40,050 nt of DNA from Escherichia phage vB_Eco_D226, in sequence record MN080711.1. One strand, 5' to 3'. The position numbers were made by a program, and so were the translations under genes. A model generated the notes under the pieces. The model searched no databases and was not told the origin of the DNA. It saw only the letters and a program-made list of their open reading frames with translations. Position 1 is the stretch's first letter; each line of letters opens with the position of its first letter. Positions 38,253-40,050 of this stretch are shown here, in pieces.

Positions 38253-38711
38253 TTACTGTACTTGCCAGCGGCGACCGAACTCATCAATGGTGAAGCAGCC
38301 TTTCAGTGCCTCGGTGCGTGGGACTTCTTGGAAGCTACCGTGCAGACGTTCAGCTTTATAACCATCAATGCCTTTAGCGTACACTAAGCCAGCCGTGTGA
38401 GTCTGTGACTTATAGACCAGTACACAATCTTGCTCGAACTCATTACACGCCAGACGTGCGACCGCTATTGCTTGAGCTTTGTTAGCACAGCGTACACGAA
38501 CAGTCAGTTCCTCAGTTGGTGCACTTGCGATAGCCTCCCGATAACAACCAGTCAAATCTGTAGACTCAACGCTACCGTATTCAAGCGGTGCATTACGCAG
38601 TGAGTTAACCATGTGACGATGACGACTCATATTGACTTCATCGCAGAGGTTAGAGCGGAACGCTGATACCAGTACATAGAATACGTTTGCAGGTTCGTTA
38701 GTGTAAATCAT
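38253..38711 (-). CDS. 0.3: S-adenosyl-L-methionine lyase (T3-type SAMase, anti-restriction), gene 0.3
   Basis: 152 aa; EPANVFYVLVSAFRSNLCDEVNMSRHRHMV...SVESTDLTGCYREAI...CVLVYKSQTHTAGLVYAKGIDGYKAERL.GSFQEVP...GCFTIDEFGRRWQVQ matches T3 gp0.3 as recalled, not T7 Ocr. Confidence 0.9.
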   Translation of the reverse strand: MIYTNEPANVFYVLVSAFRSNLCDEVNMSRHRHMVNSLRNAPLEYGSVESTDLTGCYREAIASAPTEELTVRVRCANKAQAIAVARLACNEFEQDCVLVYKSQTHTAGLVYAKGIDGYKAERLHGSFQEVPRTEALKGCFTIDEFGRRWQVQ

Positions 38712-38724
38712 GATAGTGCCTCAT

Positions 38725-38790
38725 TATGTGTTAGTGATTATCATTAAAGAGCACACGTTGTTACTTAATGTATGCCCTTGAGTTAATCGC
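38725..38790 (-). promoter_or_regulatory. RNase III-like hairpin candidate upstream of gene 0.3 (R0.3 position)
   Basis: Shares flanks gtgattatcat...ccttgagttaatc with the hairpin family; the stem is less regular. Confidence 0.3.
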
Positions 38791-38959
38791 TATCGGCGTT
38801 ATCACTGTTTAAACGCTTGTGCGTTCACGTCATCCCGTAGTTCTTGACTACCTGTCTCGCAGTAGGGAATTACACGACCATATTGTTAAAGAACTTTAAG
38901 TGCAGGTTTCGTTAGCACCGAGTCACTTTCAGTGTGTGACCTCACAAGAACGTTATATA

Positions 38960-39001
38960 GTGCATGTGGTACAGCTTACAGTTTTTAAAGGAGACTGTCA
39001 A
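38960..39001 (-). promoter_or_regulatory. Host sigma70-type early promoter (A3-like)
   Basis: Reverse strand TTGACA, 17-nt spacer, TAAGCT, then GTACCACATG; T7 A3 carries a similar GTACCACATG context. Confidence 0.45.
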
Positions 39002-39109
39002 CCTGTTATTCTTTTATGCGATGAGTGACCGAATTCGACTCACGGCTAGTGCCTTATCCGTTGGCGGGTCACGGGCAGGTTTCTCGGTTCCTATCCCTAC
39101 ACCCTTACT

Positions 39110-39150
39110 GCATGTCGTACATCTTACATCTTATCGTTACTGCTTGTCAA
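39110..39150 (-). promoter_or_regulatory. Host sigma70-type early promoter (A2-like)
   Basis: Reverse strand TTGACA, 18-nt spacer, TAAGAT. Confidence 0.5.
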
Positions 39151-39204
39151 CTACTTTTGTTTCTCACCGTGACACCTCATGTTGTTTCAGAGGGCGACCA
39201 GTTG

Positions 39205-39245
39205 TTGACGACTGCTATACTACGTTATTGCTTTCGTTGAGTCAA
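39205..39245 (-). promoter_or_regulatory. Host sigma70-type early promoter (A1-like)
   Basis: Reverse strand TTGACT, 17-nt spacer, TAGTAT. Confidence 0.4.
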
Positions 39246-39457
39246 CCACTTTCGTATGTCTGGTTGATGACTACTTGAGACACTTCAGCTTTACTAGATA
39301 ACTCGCGGTCTTGTCTAGTAGTTGGTAGCGTTGTGTCTCTCAACGGTCGCTATAGTCTCATAGCTGTTTCTTAGAGTCAATACTTAAAGTAACAAATAAT
39401 CGTCTTTAAGTGTCTTTAAGTTATCCCTATAAGGAATGGGAATAGTAATAGACACTC

Positions 39458-39480
39458 ATCCTCAATAGTGAGTCATATTA
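39458..39480 (-). promoter_or_regulatory. Phage RNAP promoter phiOL
   Basis: Reverse strand TAATATGACTCACTATTGAGGAT near the left end. Confidence 0.65.
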
Positions 39481-39483
39481 ACT

Positions 39484-39935
39484 ATATGGTCTTTTAGTGA
39501 GGCTTTAAGGCTGGTCTAAGAGTGGCAACGATAGGTCTATGGACTGAAGGCACTGACTGAAGGTTAACATAAGGATAACCAGCCATAAGGATAGACATAA
39601 GGTGATAACTCTAAGAGGTCATAAGGTGATAACTCAAAGGTCACTTACAGATAGGGACACAGAGAGGACTACATATAGTGGTCATAAGGTATCACTAAGC
39701 ACCATATCTAGTGGTAACACCTAGAGTTAACCCAATGTCTCACAAAAGGATTGACTTCAGGTAAACCATGAGTTACCATAGAGGAAGGCTCTTTGGGTGG
39801 ACTGAAGGAGGCCATAGGGGGGAACTCGGTGTTTATGAACTATGAGATACCCACTCAGATTTTTCTGTAGGATTCTTAAAGGGGTACATCAAGTATCTCA
39901 TAAGGTTATCCTTGGAGTGGCTATCATAAGGTTAG
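39484..39935. repeat. Left-end short-repeat array between the terminal repeat and phiOL
   Basis: At least eight CATAAGG(T/A) heptamers (plus strand) with longer copies such as ggtcataaggtgataactc occurring twice; non-coding. Confidence 0.6.
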
Positions 39936-40050
39936 ACTACGTGAGAGACCCTAAGAGACCCTGTAGACCATAGAGGGTACATAAGGGTTTACTCTTAGAG
40001 TTGACTTCTTACAGTGATAATAGGGAAGATGTATATCGACCATTATCACT
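39936..40050. repeat. Direct terminal repeat, copy at phage left end (identical to 1-115)
   Basis: Exact 115-bp identity with window positions 1-115. Confidence 0.9.

Noticed and set aside
39484-39935. Possible CRISPR array
   Set aside because: Repeats are 7-19 bp, irregularly spaced and imperfect, with no repeat-spacer periodicity and no cas genes; consistent with phage end repeats.

Overview
The window is a complete, roughly 40 kb T7-like podophage genome (T7/T3 group), given as the reverse complement of the usual map. Every gene I can support is on the minus strand, and the window is bounded by an exact 115-bp direct terminal repeat (1-115 = 39936-40050). Reading in phage order (window right to left): left-end short-repeat array, phiOL, three sigma70-type early promoters, gene 0.3 SAM lyase (T3-type), three small early ORFs, 0.7 kinase, gene 1 RNA polymerase, 1.1, 1.2, 1.3 ligase, 1.6, 1.7, 2, 2.5 SSB, 3 endonuclease I, 3.5 amidase, 4 primase-helicase, 4.3/4.5/4.7, 5 DNA polymerase, 5.5, 5.7, 6 exonuclease, 6.5, 6.7, 7.3, 8 portal, 9 scaffold, 10A/10B capsid, Tphi, 11, 12, 13-16 internal virion proteins, 17 tail fibre, 17.5 holin, 18 and 19 terminase subunits with the 18.5/18.7 spanins, and phiOR. 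About 16 phage-RNAP promoters share the consensus TAATACGACTCACTAWTGGGAGA, and a family of conserved RNase III-like hairpins precedes the early genes. Features that do not fit the T7 template are: a 185-aa membrane-anchored coiled-coil protein inserted between phi1.1A and phi1.1B; two HNH endonuclease genes (one overlapping the ligase 3' end, one after the large terminase); a mosaic tail fibre followed by an extra 125-aa ORF; and a cluster of small early ORFs between the SAM lyase and the kinase. All functional calls rest on my reading of the translations and on synteny with T7/T3; no database search was run.
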